The notes beneath the pieces are model-generated. The model saw only the letters and a program-made list of their open reading frames with translations, was not told where the DNA came from and did not search any database. From positions 124,001 to 188,000 of the forward strand of contig QPMI01000062.1 of the NCBI GenBank assembly GCA_004431415.1: 64,000 nt of DNA, written 5' to 3'. Below are positions 11,266-22,812 of the stretch, in pieces (within the stretch, counting starts at the first letter, position 1; each line of letters opens with the position of its first letter). The stretch comes from Cyanophora paradoxa CCMP329 (lineage: Eukaryota; Plantae; Glaucophyta). Position numbers and translations under genes: made by a program.

Positions 11266-12853
11266 ATGGCCGCTTTCGCCACCACCGTTCCGGCGGCGTC
11301 GACGGCGTCGACCGCAAACATTAGCTCGCGCAGCTCGGTCTGCCCGCAGCGCGCCAGCCGTGTTCGTGCTAGCTCGTTCTTCGGCGATGAGGTCGCGTCC
11401 AGCCACAAGAGCTTCGAGCTGCGGAAGTGCGTCGCCGCCGAGCAGGCCCCGGAGGCTTCCCCCAGCATCGTCGCGTCGGCCACCAGCTCGTCGACTATCC
11501 GCATCGGCTCGCGCAAGAGCATGCTCGCTATGTGGCAGTCGGAGTGGGTGAAGGCGCGTCTTGAGGAGGCGTATCCGGGCCGTGAGGTCGACATCATGGC
11601 CATCTCCACGAAGGGTGCGCTCCGCAGCAAACTATCTTTGAGGGGCGCCCTGGCCGGCCCGGGGGCCCTCCCCCTCCGTCCCTCATCCCTCGAGCTACGA
11701 TTGTGCATACAAGCTCGCTCGCTGACGTTCATCTCTCCCCCTTTCGCAGGTGATAAGATTCTTGATGTCCCGCTTGCGAAGATTGGCGACAAGGGCCTGT
11801 TCACAAAGGAGCTCGAGGTCGAGCTTATCGCTAACAACGTTGATCTGGTCGTGCACTCTCTTAAGGACCTCCAGACCAACCTGCCCGACGAGCTGGTCCG
11901 TGGCGCACGTCGCCTCGCCTGTCCTCAATTTTGATCCGGCCCGTGCGCAGGACCTCGGCGCTGTGTCTGACCGCCACGACCCGTCGGATGCGCTCGTCAT
12001 CCACCCTAAGCTGCAGGACAAGTACCAGTCCATCGATGACCTGCCCTCGGGCACCATCGTCGGGACCTCCAGCCTCCGCCGCATCGCTCAGCTCCGCCAC
12101 TACCGCGACGACCTGATCTTCAAGGTTTGCTCTCAACGCGCCTGCGCTTGCGTGCGTCCTCTCAACGGGCTGGTCCTTGCAGGACGTCCGCGGCAACCTG
12201 CAGACCCGTCTGAAGAAGCTCGACGACGGCGAGTACGACGCGATCGTCCTCGCCACCGCCGGCCTCGAGCGCCTCGGCTACAACGACCGCGTCTCGCAGA
12301 AGCTCCCGCCCTCGGTGCGCTTGACGGGGTCGCCCTTTGCCGCCGGGCGCTGAAGCGGGAGGCGCAGGTCACCCTCCACGCCGTCGGCCAGGGCGCGCTC
12401 GGTGTTGAGATCCGCAAGGGCGACCAGGCCACCATCGACCTCCTCTCGGTCATCAACCACGCCCCGACCCGGTCCGCGCTTCCTTTTCGCTCCTTTCGGC
12501 GGAGTGCGCGGGCTGACGCGCCTGCCGCGCAGTGCCAAGTGCGAGGCGGAGCGCGCGTTCATGCGCGAGCTGGAGGGTGGCTGCCAGGTCCCCATCGGCG
12601 TCTTCACCTCGATCGAGGGCGACAAGCTGACGCTCACGGGCGCCGTCCTCTCCCTCGACGGCAAGCAGTGCGTGAAGGAGACCATCTCGGGCCCCGTCGC
12701 CAACGCCGAGGCCCTCGGCATCGAGCTCGCCAACATCGCCAAGAGCAAGGGTCCGCCCCGGCCCACCCCGCCCCGCCCCCGCCCCGCTGGCGCCGGCCGA
12801 CGAACCGCCCCACAGGCGCCGGCGAGATCCTCGCCAACATCTACCGCGGCTAA
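11266..12853 (+). CDS. hemC: Porphobilinogen deaminase (hydroxymethylbilane synthase) with plastid transit peptide, copy 1
   Basis: [17 protein letters not shown]|[71 protein letters not shown]-terminus is Ser/Ala/Thr-rich and begins MAAF. Confidence 0.97.
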
Positions 12854-13239
12854 TAGGCAGCTGTCAGCTGCGGCCCACGGCCGGGGCCACCGATGGCGCG
12901 CCGCCAGTGCGCATGTAGCATGTAGTTTCTTTCCATATTCGCAGAACAGATCCGTTCCCTTTCACGCGCGTATGAGTTCCTTTCAGTTCATGCAGGCAAC
13001 CCGAACGAAGGGCGTGCACGGCCGCGGGTTGGGGGCGCTCGTCTTGCTTCACTGAGAGATTGATGGACAATAGTACAGACGGAAATACACCAATTACAAT
13101 TAAAAGCATCATCAAATAATGATCGAACGCGAGGGGCCGCCTCTCCCCTAGGTTTGGGAGGCGGGGCGGCGATCGAGCGATATACTGCGGAGGGGGATTG
13201 GGGAGAGACAGGAGGGGTAGGAGGGCTCTGGTGGGGGTA

Positions 13240-15796
13240 CTACGCCCTACCGAGCTCAATGTCTACGGATCCGTTGGAAGGGAGGAGGAGCTTGGGCTTT
13301 GGACGGGGGGCGGCGCCCCCCGAGGGGGCAGAGGAGGAGGAGGAGGAGGTGCCGAGGGAGTAGGCCTGGGAGGGCGCCGAGGGGCTCCCGACGCCGGCGG
13401 CGGGGTGCGGGGCCTTAAGGGAGGACGCCCCGCGGGCTCCTTGCGGGGCCCCGCGGGGCGGGGTGGCGGCGAGGGCGCCGGGCGGGGCACGATCTCCTTG
13501 ACCTGCTCGATGACGGTCTGGAGGAAGCCGAGGCGCTTCTCCTTGGCGCCCTCGGCCTCCCCGCCGGGGCCACGCGCGGGACGCCCGTCACGGGGTCGTA
13601 CTCGGCGCTCATGAGCACCAGCGCGTCCTCCAGCGTCGTCAGCAGCTTCGACTTGGAGCGCGACATGCGCGCCTCCGACCCCCGCTCCGGCCGCTCCTCC
13701 CTGGGCGGCCGCGCGGCGCGGCGCGGCCGACGCCGGCGCCGGTGGAGGCGGCGGCGTCGTCGGAGAGCATGCTGTCGACGGTGGACTGGAGCTTCTCGGG
13801 TCGACGTGGACGCCGTGCGCGGCGGCGACGAGGCGCTCGACCTGGGAGCGCAGCGCCTCGTAGCGCCGCGCCTCCTCCTGCCGGATCGCCGCCACCTCGC
13901 TCCGCAGCAGCGCCTCCACCGAGCGCGTCGCCGGCCCGCCCAGCCCCAGCCCCGCCGCCGCGCTCCGCACCCGCGCCTCCTCATCCGGCGGCAGCTCCGG
14001 CACCTCCCCGCCCGTCCGCGGCTCTTCCTCTGCCCGGCCGCACCGCCGTCAGCGGCGGGCCGCGCGCGGGCGGGGGCGGGCGGACCCGCTTGGCGGAGGA
14101 GGGACGGGGCACGGGGGCGCTGGTGGGCCCGACGCCGAGGGCCGCCGTCACGTTCTTGATGAGCTGCGCGAGCTCCTGGACCTTGGCGGCGTCGGGGGCC
14201 GCCCGCGGGCTGTCGGCGCTCGTCCCCAGCTTCTCGGCCTGGCGGTAGGCGGAGAGGGAGGACATGATCTCCGCGAACTGCTGCCGCTGCGCGTCGCTCG
14301 CCCCGCCGCCGAGCCACTTGACGACCAGGCGCGGCGAGACCAGCGGCGCGACGCCGTCCGCGATCGGCACCTCGCCCGAGGACATCGACATGTTGAAGTT
14401 CTTGAGCGTCAGCGGCTGCCGCACGCCGCTCAGGTTCGAGGTGCTCCCCTTGCGGACCGTGTCCCGGTCCTTCCGCAGCGTGATCGAGCCTGCCGGGCGC
14501 CCCGCGCGTCAGGCCGGGGGCGGGGCGCGGGGGCGCGGGGCGCGGGGCGGGCGCACGGATGTCGACGGAGGAGAGGTCGGCGAGGCAGCGGTAGCCGTCG
14601 TGGCCGGCGAGGACGTGGAAGCGCCCGCCGACGACGCTCGAGGCGTGCGCCGAGCGCTCCAGGGGCGCCCCCTCGAGCCCCGCGAAGCGCGCCCAGGAGA
14701 GGTTCTCCGTGTCCAGCACGTGCAGGTCGTTCAGGACGCCGTTGCGCCCGTCGTCGCCCCGAAGACCACGATCAGCGTCCCGTACGAGGCGCTCGAGTGG
14801 AAGAAGCGCGCGCAGGGCGTCTCCTCCGTGATGATCGCCACCCCGTACCACCCCATCGTGTCTGTGCCCCGCCCCCGCGTGAGCCGCCGTGGGGCGAGGG
14901 GGGCGGGGCGGGGCGGGGCAGAGCGGCGGGAGGGAGCGACGGGCCGCACCGAGGTTGAGAACGTAGAGGTCGTTCAGGCTGCGCTTGCCGGACTGGCCGC
15001 CGAACACGTACATCTTCCCATCAATCACGTCGGCCGTGTGCCCCTCCCTGGGCGGCGGCGCCATCCCCCGCACTTTCGGCTTCGACCACGTGAACGTTTC
15101 TGGTGAAGGCACGCGGCGCTCAGACGAAGAAAAGAAAAGGGAAGAGCAGCGTGGCGGACCTAGGTCCAGCATGAAGACGTCGTTCAGGTACTGGATCCCG
15201 TTGAAGCCGCCGAAGATGAAGAGCTTGTTCGCGTGCGTTACGCACGTGTGGTACGCTCTCGCCTCTGGCATCTTGCCCTTGGTCGGGGGCCGCGACCATG
15301 TCATGTCGTCTGCGGCGGCGGCGCCGTTTCAGGCGCGGGGCGTGCAAGCTGCGTGAGCGCCTTCTACGCACCAGTATCCAAGCAGCAGAGGTCATTTCTG
15401 TAACCGGAGCCACTGCGCGCGGCGAGCGGCGCTCAGCCGCAGGGACTTGGCGAATCGACGCTTTGTCCGGCACGCACTCGGTTCCGCCGAAGATGTAGAG
15501 CTTCTTGCCGACGACGGTTGTCGAGTGGCTTACTCTTGCAACAGGGGCAACGCCTGATACCGCAGGACGGGACCACGTCTCTGAATCTGTTGCCCTCCGA
15601 TCAGAATAGCTAATCCCGACCGCTCAACTGGAGGCGGCGGACCCAGCGCACCGGTATCAAACACGAATATGTCATTTAGGTACAGACTGCCGCTGAAGCC
15701 GCCGAAAAGGAAAAGCTTTGATCCCACGGCGGAGAGCGTGTGACCGGCGCGGGCCTCAGGCAAGCGGCCTCGCCCTTCATGCACTAGCCAGCTCAT
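13240..15796 (-). CDS. Kelch-repeat protein with C-terminal coiled-coil/low-complexity region, copy 1
   Basis: Repeated kelch motifs: ARAGHTLSAVGSKLFLFGG, KKLYIFGG, ARAYHTCVTHANKLFIFGG, PREGHTADVIDGKMYVFGG, ARFFHSS..VVFGG, ERSAHASS..HVLAG. Confidence 0.88.
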
Positions 15797-16340
15797 GCTT
15801 CAATGGCTTTGATGCTGGCGGCTTAGAGGGAAGGTTGCTCGCTGTTTTGGTCCGCTCTGGGCTGATAGCCCCGCCAATCTCCCTAAGCGGCCATACAGTG
15901 CGTGGAGCTGACACTGACAGGCTGTGCTGACCTAACTGAGAGCGACAGGCGTGTATCCAGCCAGGATGTGCCCAGCCTTAGCCGAGGGGAAGCAGCGCCG
16001 GAACCCGAAAAAAGGAAGCTCGGCGGCTCGGCGCGGCCGCGGGTCTGGGTCTGTTGTGCTCAGGTGTTGTTACGACAGACGAAGCCCTTAGCCAATCGCT
16101 CCGTGACCGGCTTGCAATCTGTACCCCCCCCGGAGCTCCGAAAACAGACTTGAAACTTGAAATGAGCACAGCTGCAGGATCGCACGGCTCAGCGCATGCG
16201 GCTTAGGATCGCAAACGAGCGCAGGATCGCGCTGATGCTTAGCTAAAGCGTATGGTCCGCTTCGGGTGCGCCCCGCGAGCGCCGGAACCCGTGCGCTCGA
16301 GCTCGTGGCCGGACTGGTGTGGTTTGGTACAGAGAGGCGC

Positions 16341-18604
16341 CTACGATCCTATCGCTGGGCGGAGCCTGGACGCGGGGGCCGCCCGCTGGCGGCGACGGGT
16401 GCGCCCTCGTCCTGCGCGAGGCGCGGGGTCGGGCTGGGCGGGGCCCGGGGAGGCGGGGCTGCGCACGCCGGGGCTGGGCGAGCGGCGCGGGTTGATCGCG
16501 TCGAGGTGCCGCTTGGCCTGGCCGAGCTCGACGGAGCGCGCCCGCTGCGGCGCGTCGGCGCGGGCCGCGGCGCGCCGCGGCGCGGGGGGCCCTCCCGACA
16601 AACCATCGCGAAGTTGAGGGAGCACATCGTCTCGCTCTGGTGCTCGAACGAGGGCCGGATTTGCACGAACATGAGCATCTTCGAGTCGCCGGCTGTGGGG
16701 CGTTCGCTCGGGGAGGGGCGGGCGGGGGCGGGTGGGGCGGGGGGCGGACAGAGGGAGTCCTGGAGGACCATGGTGAGCTTAGAGTCGCGGTACGGGACGT
16801 GGGAGTTCTTGCCCGCCAGCGCCGCGATCACGTTGCCGAGGGCGGAGAGGGACTTGTTGATCGCCTGCGCCTCCTTCAGGCGATCTGCGGGCCGGCGTCC
16901 CGGCCGTCAGGGCGCGGGGCGGGCCGGGGCGGGCGCAAGGCCGAGGGGCACCGCCGGCGGCGAGGGACTTGGAGATGCGCTCGGAGCCGGCCAGATCGAT
17001 GAGGTTCAGCTTGCCTGCGCCCCGGGCCATGGGCGGGCGGCCTCCGGCGCGCGGCTCGCCCGGGGCGGGGCGGGCGGACCAGTGGTGCGCATGCCGGTCG
17101 CCTTGCTTGTGCCCTCCACGTAGACGGTGAGGACGCTGCGGGGCGCGAAGGTCGCGGCCGGGCGGGCCGGGCGGGCCGGGCGGGGCGGGGGGTGCGGGGG
17201 CGGACAGGTGGGAGCGGGAGGAGTCGGTGTTCATGGCGGTCTGGGCGGTGCGGCGGTTGCGGGAGGCGGCCTCCATCCACTGGGAGACGTCCTTCTCGCC
17301 CCGCACCGGCACCCGCACCAGGCCCTCCACGTAGGAGCCCCCCTGGCTCATCCGCACCTCCAGCCTGCGCCCCGCCCCGCCCCGCGTCAGCCGCCCGCCC
17401 CGCCCCCGCCGCCCCCGCCCCGCCCCCGCCCCGCCGCCGCACTTCTTCTGCTCCTTGGGGTCCACGAGCAGATCCTGCACGATCTCGTTGTAGATCTCCA
17501 GAAGGCTGCGGCCCGCGTCAGCGAGTGCCCGCAGGCGGCCCCGCGCCGCGCCGCCCACCTGAGGTTGATCTCGTAGTCGAAGCTCGTGGCGTGCTCGACC
17601 TGCGGCCGGCGGCTCGGGAGGCGGCGGCGGGCGAGGGGGCGGGGCGGGGGCGAGGCGGACGAGGGCGAGGTTGAAGAGCTCGCGGATGGCGCGGTAGTTG
17701 ACGCCCCGGTCGTGCTCCGGGCCCTCCATCGTGTACGTCTGCGCACCCGTCACGCGCCCGCCCGACCGCCCCGGCGCGGCGGGGGAGGCGAAGGGGAGGG
17801 CGCGCCTTGCCGGAGCCCGTCTGCCCGTACGCGAAGCTGCGGCGGGGGTCGGCGGGAGCGGGGGCGGGGGTCGGGGGAGGGCGGCGCGCACATGCAGACG
17901 TTGAAGCCGTCGAGGACGGACGTCACGAGCGGCTTCGTGTCCTCGAAGACTTGCGCTGCGGGCGGGGCTCGCCTCAGCGCCCCCGGCGAGCGGGCGGGGC
18001 GGGGCGGGGCGGGGCGGGGCGGGGCGGGGACCCTGCGTGGTGCCGAGGCCGTAGACGCGGTCGAACTCGAAGGCCTTCTTCCCGAGGGCCCGTCCACCGT
18101 CAGCTCCTGCTCGTCCGTGATCTCCACGCACGCCTGCGCCCCTGTCAGGCGTGCGCGGCGCCCGCCGCCGGCCGCGCCGCGCCCGCGCACCGCCTCGCCG
18201 CGCGCCGCCTCCTCCTTGAGCAGCGGCCGCACGCGCGCAAACACGCGGATGTTGCCTGCACGGGCGCTCGGCGGGCGGCGGGGGCCCGGAGCCTGCGGAG
18301 AGCACGCACCCTTGAGCTCGACGAGCTGGTTGTAGAGCTTGCGGCGCTCCTTGAGCTCCTTCTGGTACCGCGTGTTCGCCTCGTTCGACGCCTCCACTGC
18401 GCCGCGTCGGCGGGGGGCCCCGCGCGCCAAGCGCTCCGCGGGGGGCGCGCACGGAGCTTGCGCATCGCCGCCGAGAACTGGTTGAAGAGGCTCGGCATCG
18501 CGAACTCCGCCGCCTCCTTCCGCAGCGACCGCTGGTTCTTTCGGATGTCCTGCCGCCAGCCCGGCTGAGCGGAGCGCCGCGGGGCAGGGCGGGACGCGGC
18601 GGGG
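16341..18604 (-). pseudogene. 5'-truncated duplicate of kinesin-14 (neck + motor exons only)
   Basis: Identical to the 3' half of the gene at 25900-30077 but cut at the duplication junction, so there is no start codon or N-terminal coiled coil. Confidence 0.8.
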
Positions 18605-18650
18605 TTCTTTCGGATGTCCTGCCGCCAGCCCGGCTGAGCGGAGCGCCGCA
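18604..18650. repeat. 46-bp templated insert at the duplication junction
   Basis: gttctttcggatgtcctgccgccagcccggctgagcggagcgccgc repeats ~18535-18580, then joins the 9081-equivalent sequence through cgc(a)gggg microhomology. Confidence 0.9.
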
Positions 18651-18666
18651 GGGGGCGGGGGCGCAG

Positions 18667-20378
18667 GGCCTGCGCTCGTACCTGAAGGCCTTCGCGTACA
18701 AGAACGCCGTGACGGAGGACCTGTGGGCGGCGCTCGCGACCGCCTCGGGCCTCCCCATCCGCGACATCATGGACTCGTGGACGAAGCAGACGGGCTACCC
18801 GATCCTGACCGTGGAGGAGACGAGCAGCGGGCTGCTGGACGCCATCACGGGCAAGCGGACCTTCGCGGTCGAGCAGAAGCGCTTCATCTCCACGGGGGAG
18901 CTCTCCGAGGAGGACGCGAAGCGGCTCTGGTGGGTCCCCATCGGGGTGACCACGGAGGAGGCGGCGAAGAAGGGCGAGGAGGTGCGCTACCAGGTCGTCC
19001 ACGACCGCACGGGCGCCATCACCGCCTCCGTCTCCAAGGAGGGCTGGGTCAAGCTCAACGCGGGGCAGTCCGGCCTCTACCGCGTCAAGTACAGCGACGG
19101 CCTGCTGAAGGCCCTCGTGGCCCCCATCCGCTCCCTCGCCCTCCCCGCCGGCGACCGCCTCGGCCTCGTCATGGACGTCGCCGCCGCCGCCAAGGCCCGC
19201 CAGGTCCCCACGCCCCTCCTCCTCGAGGTGCTGCAGGGCTACACCGAGGAGAACGAGTACGCGGTGTGGAGTGAGCTGAGCGGGACGCTGGACGAGCTCT
19301 CGCTGCTGCTGGGGGAGGAGCCCTTCTACGACAAGTTCGAGGCCTTCGGGCGGGCCCTCTTCCGCCCCGCCTACCAGCGCCTCGGCTGGGAGCAGCGGCC
19401 CTCCGACTCCCACCTCACCGTCCTCCTCCGCTCCATCGGCGCGCCCCGCGCCCCGCCCCCCGGCCCTCGCCCCCCCCCCTCCTAACGCCCCGGGCAGTGC
19501 TGTCGAACATGGGCCACTTCGGGACGAGGAGGTGATCGCCGAGGCGCGCAAGCGCTTCGCCGCCTTCCTCACGGACCGCTCCTCCCTGCCCCCGACTTCC
19601 GCTCCATCGTCCGCCCCCCGCCCCGCCCCGCTTTGCTTCGCTTCGCCCCGCCCCGCCTCGCGGGTGACGCGGCGGGCAGGTGTACAGCGTGCTGGTGATG
19701 CACGGGACGGAGGCGGACTACGAGGGCGTGCTCCGCGTCATGCGCGAGAGCGAGCTGCACGAGGAGAAGATCCGCTGCCTCCGCGCCCTCGGCGCCGCCG
19801 AGCGCCCCGAGCTCATCAAGCGCACCCTCGACCTCTCCCTCTCCGACGAAGTCCGCTCCCAGGTCCGCCGCCCCGCCCCCCGCCCCCCGCCCCCCGCCCC
19901 CGCCTGGGCGCCTGGCGAGGCGGGGCGGGGCAGGACACGGTGTACGTGCTGGGGTCGCTGGCGGGGAACCGGCTGGCGCGGGAGCCGATGTGGGACTTCC
20001 TGAAGGGCCGCTGGGCGACCCTGCACGAGCGCTACGGCAAGGGCGGCTTCCTCCTCTCCTCCATCGTCTCCGCCTGCACCAAGAACCACATCTCCCTCGC
20101 CAAGGCGCCCCCGGGCCCCGCCCCGCCCCGCCGCCCCGCCCCGCTGATCGCGGGGCGCGCAGGCGGAGGAGATCCGCAAGTTCTTCGCCGAGCACCCCGT
20201 CGACAACGCCAAGCGCACCATCGAGCAGGCGCGCACGCCCCCCGCCCCCCGCGATGCCCCGCCCCGCCCCGCCTGACGCGGCTGCCGCCAGTCCCTGGAG
20301 CGGATTGCGACGAACAGCGCGTGGCTCGAGTCGCAGCGCGAGGGCATCAAGGCCTGGCTCGAGGCCAACGCGAAGTGA
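18667..20378 (+). pseudogene. 5'-truncated duplicate of the M1 aminopeptidase (C-terminal half, no HEXXH)
   Basis: Starts at exon [20 protein letters not shown]; all catalytic exons are absent upstream. Confidence 0.8.
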
Positions 20379-20838
20379 GGCCGCGCCCTGGCCCCTCGCC
20401 CGCCGTCCGCCCCCTCGCCCTTCCCTGCATGCGCATGCCGCGCCCTGCGGCGGCTTCTGTTGAATACATCAAAGCCGCGCCGGTCACCGAGGAGCGCTTG
20501 TCGCCACAGTTTTGCGTCGAAGCGCTTTAGAGCTAGATCTAGTCCGACGTCGACGGTCCGCGCTTTCCGCGCCGGAGCAAGCGCTATAGCTATAGCTAGT
20601 CCGACGGTATACGCGGTACGGGTCCGCGCTTTCCGCGCCAGACTCTGAGAGCAAGCGCTAGTACTGGAGACCTGGTCGAGCGGTGCGGCGTTGCGAGCAT
20701 ACTTCGACAGACAATCGATGGCGCAGGCGTGCACGTGTCAGCGTGTGCGCGTGGCGAATTTGCAGTTTTGTCGGTCAAGCAGGGGTACGGCTGCCGAGGG
20801 GGGTACGTTCACCGAGATTCTTGCGGGCGCGGATCAAG

Positions 20839-22426
20839 ATGGCCGCTTTCGCCACCACCGTTCCGGCGGCGTCGACGGCGTCGACCGCAAACATTAGCTC
20901 GCGCAGCTCGGTCTGCCCGCAGCGCGCCAGCCGTGTTCGTGCTAGCTCGTTCTTCGGCGATGAGGTCGCGTCCAGCCACAAGAGCTTCGAGCTGCGGAAG
21001 TGCGTCGCCGCCGAGCAGGCCCCGGAGGCTTCCCCCAGCATCGTCGCGTCGGCCACCAGCTCGTCGACTATCCGCATCGGCTCGCGCAAGAGCATGCTCG
21101 CTATGTGGCAGTCGGAGTGGGTGAAGGCGCGTCTTGAGGAGGCGTATCCGGGCCGTGAGGTCGACATCATGGCCATCTCCACGAAGGGTGCGCTCCGCAG
21201 CAAACTATCTTTGAGGGGCGCCCTGGCCGGCCCGGGGGCCCTCCCCCTCCGTCCCTCATCCCTCGAGCTACGATTGTGCATACAAGCTCGCTCGCTGACG
21301 TTCATCTCTCCCCCTTTCGCAGGTGATAAGATTCTTGATGTCCCGCTTGCGAAGATTGGCGACAAGGGCCTGTTCACAAAGGAGCTCGAGGTCGAGCTTA
21401 TCGCTAACAACGTTGATCTGGTCGTGCACTCTCTTAAGGACCTCCAGACCAACCTGCCCGACGAGCTGGTCCGTGGCGCACGTCGCCTCGCCTGTCCTCA
21501 ATTTGATCCGGCCCGTGCGCAGGACCTCGGCGCTGTGTCTGACCGCCACGACCCGTCGGATGCGCTCGTCATCCACCCTAAGCTGCAGGACAAGTACCAG
21601 TCCATCGATGACCTGCCCTCGGGCACCATCGTCGGGACCTCCAGCCTCCGCCGCATCGCTCAGCTCCGCCACTACCGCGACGACCTGATCTTCAAGGTTT
21701 GCTCTCAACGCGCCTGCGCTTGCGTGCGTCCTCTCAACGGGCTGGTCCTTGCAGGACGTCCGCGGCAACCTGCAGACCCGTCTGAAGAAGCTCGACGACG
21801 GCGAGTACGACGCGATCGTCCTCGCCACCGCCGGCCTCGAGCGCCTCGGCTACAACGACCGCGTCTCGCAGAAGCTCCCGCCCTCGGTGCGCTTGACGGG
21901 GTCGCCCTTTGCCGCCGGGCGCTGAAGCGGGAGGCGCAGGTCACCCTCCACGCCGTCGGCCAGGGCGCGCTCGGTGTTGAGATCCGCAAGGGCGACCAGG
22001 CCACCATCGACCTCCTCTCGGTCATCAACCACGCCCCGACCCGGTCCGCGCTTCCTTTTCGCTCCTTTCGGCGGAGTGCGCGGGCTGACGCGCCTGCCGC
22101 GCAGTGCCAAGTGCGAGGCGGAGCGCGCGTTCATGCGCGAGCTGGAGGGTGGCTGCCAGGTCCCCATCGGCGTCTTCACCTCGATCGAGGGCGACAAGCT
22201 GACGCTCACGGGCGCCGTCCTCTCCCTCGACGGCAAGCAGTGCGTGAAGGAGACCATCTCGGGCCCCGTCGCCAACGCCGAGGCCCTCGGCATCGAGCTC
22301 GCCAACATCGCCAAGAGCAAGGGTCCGCCCCGGCCCACCCCGCCCCGCCCCCGCCCCGCTGGGCGCCGGCCGACGAACCGCCCCACAGGCGCCGGCGAGA
22401 TCCTCGCCAACATCTACCGCGGCTAA
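20839..22426 (+). CDS. hemC: Porphobilinogen deaminase, copy 2
   Basis: Same exons and motifs as copy 1. Confidence 0.93.
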
Positions 22427-22812
22427 TAGGCAGCTGTCAGCTGCGGCCCACGGCCGGGGCCACCGATGGCGCGCCGCCAGTGCGCATGTAGCATGTAGTT
22501 TCTTTCCATATTCGCAGAACAGATCCGTTCCCTTTCACGCGCGTATGAGTTCCTTTCAGTTCATGCAGGCAACCCGAACGAAGGGCGTGCACGGCCGCGG
22601 GTTGGGGGCGCTCGTCTTGCTTCACTGAGAGATTGATGGACAATAGTACAGACGGAAATACACCAATTACAATTAAAAGCATCATCAAATAATGATCGAA
22701 CGCGAGGGGCCGCCTCTCCCCTAGGTTTGGGAGGCGGGGCGGCGATCGAGCGATATACTGCGGAGGGGGATTGGGGAGAGACAGGAGGGGTAGGAGGGCT
22801 CTGGTGGGGGTA

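Larger units (their letters stand above)
9081..18604. repeat. ~9.5-kb tandem segmental duplication, copy 1
   Basis: 9081 aligns with 18651 (offset 9570) and identity continues to 18604/28200. The differences I found are indels in G/C runs. Confidence 0.95.
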
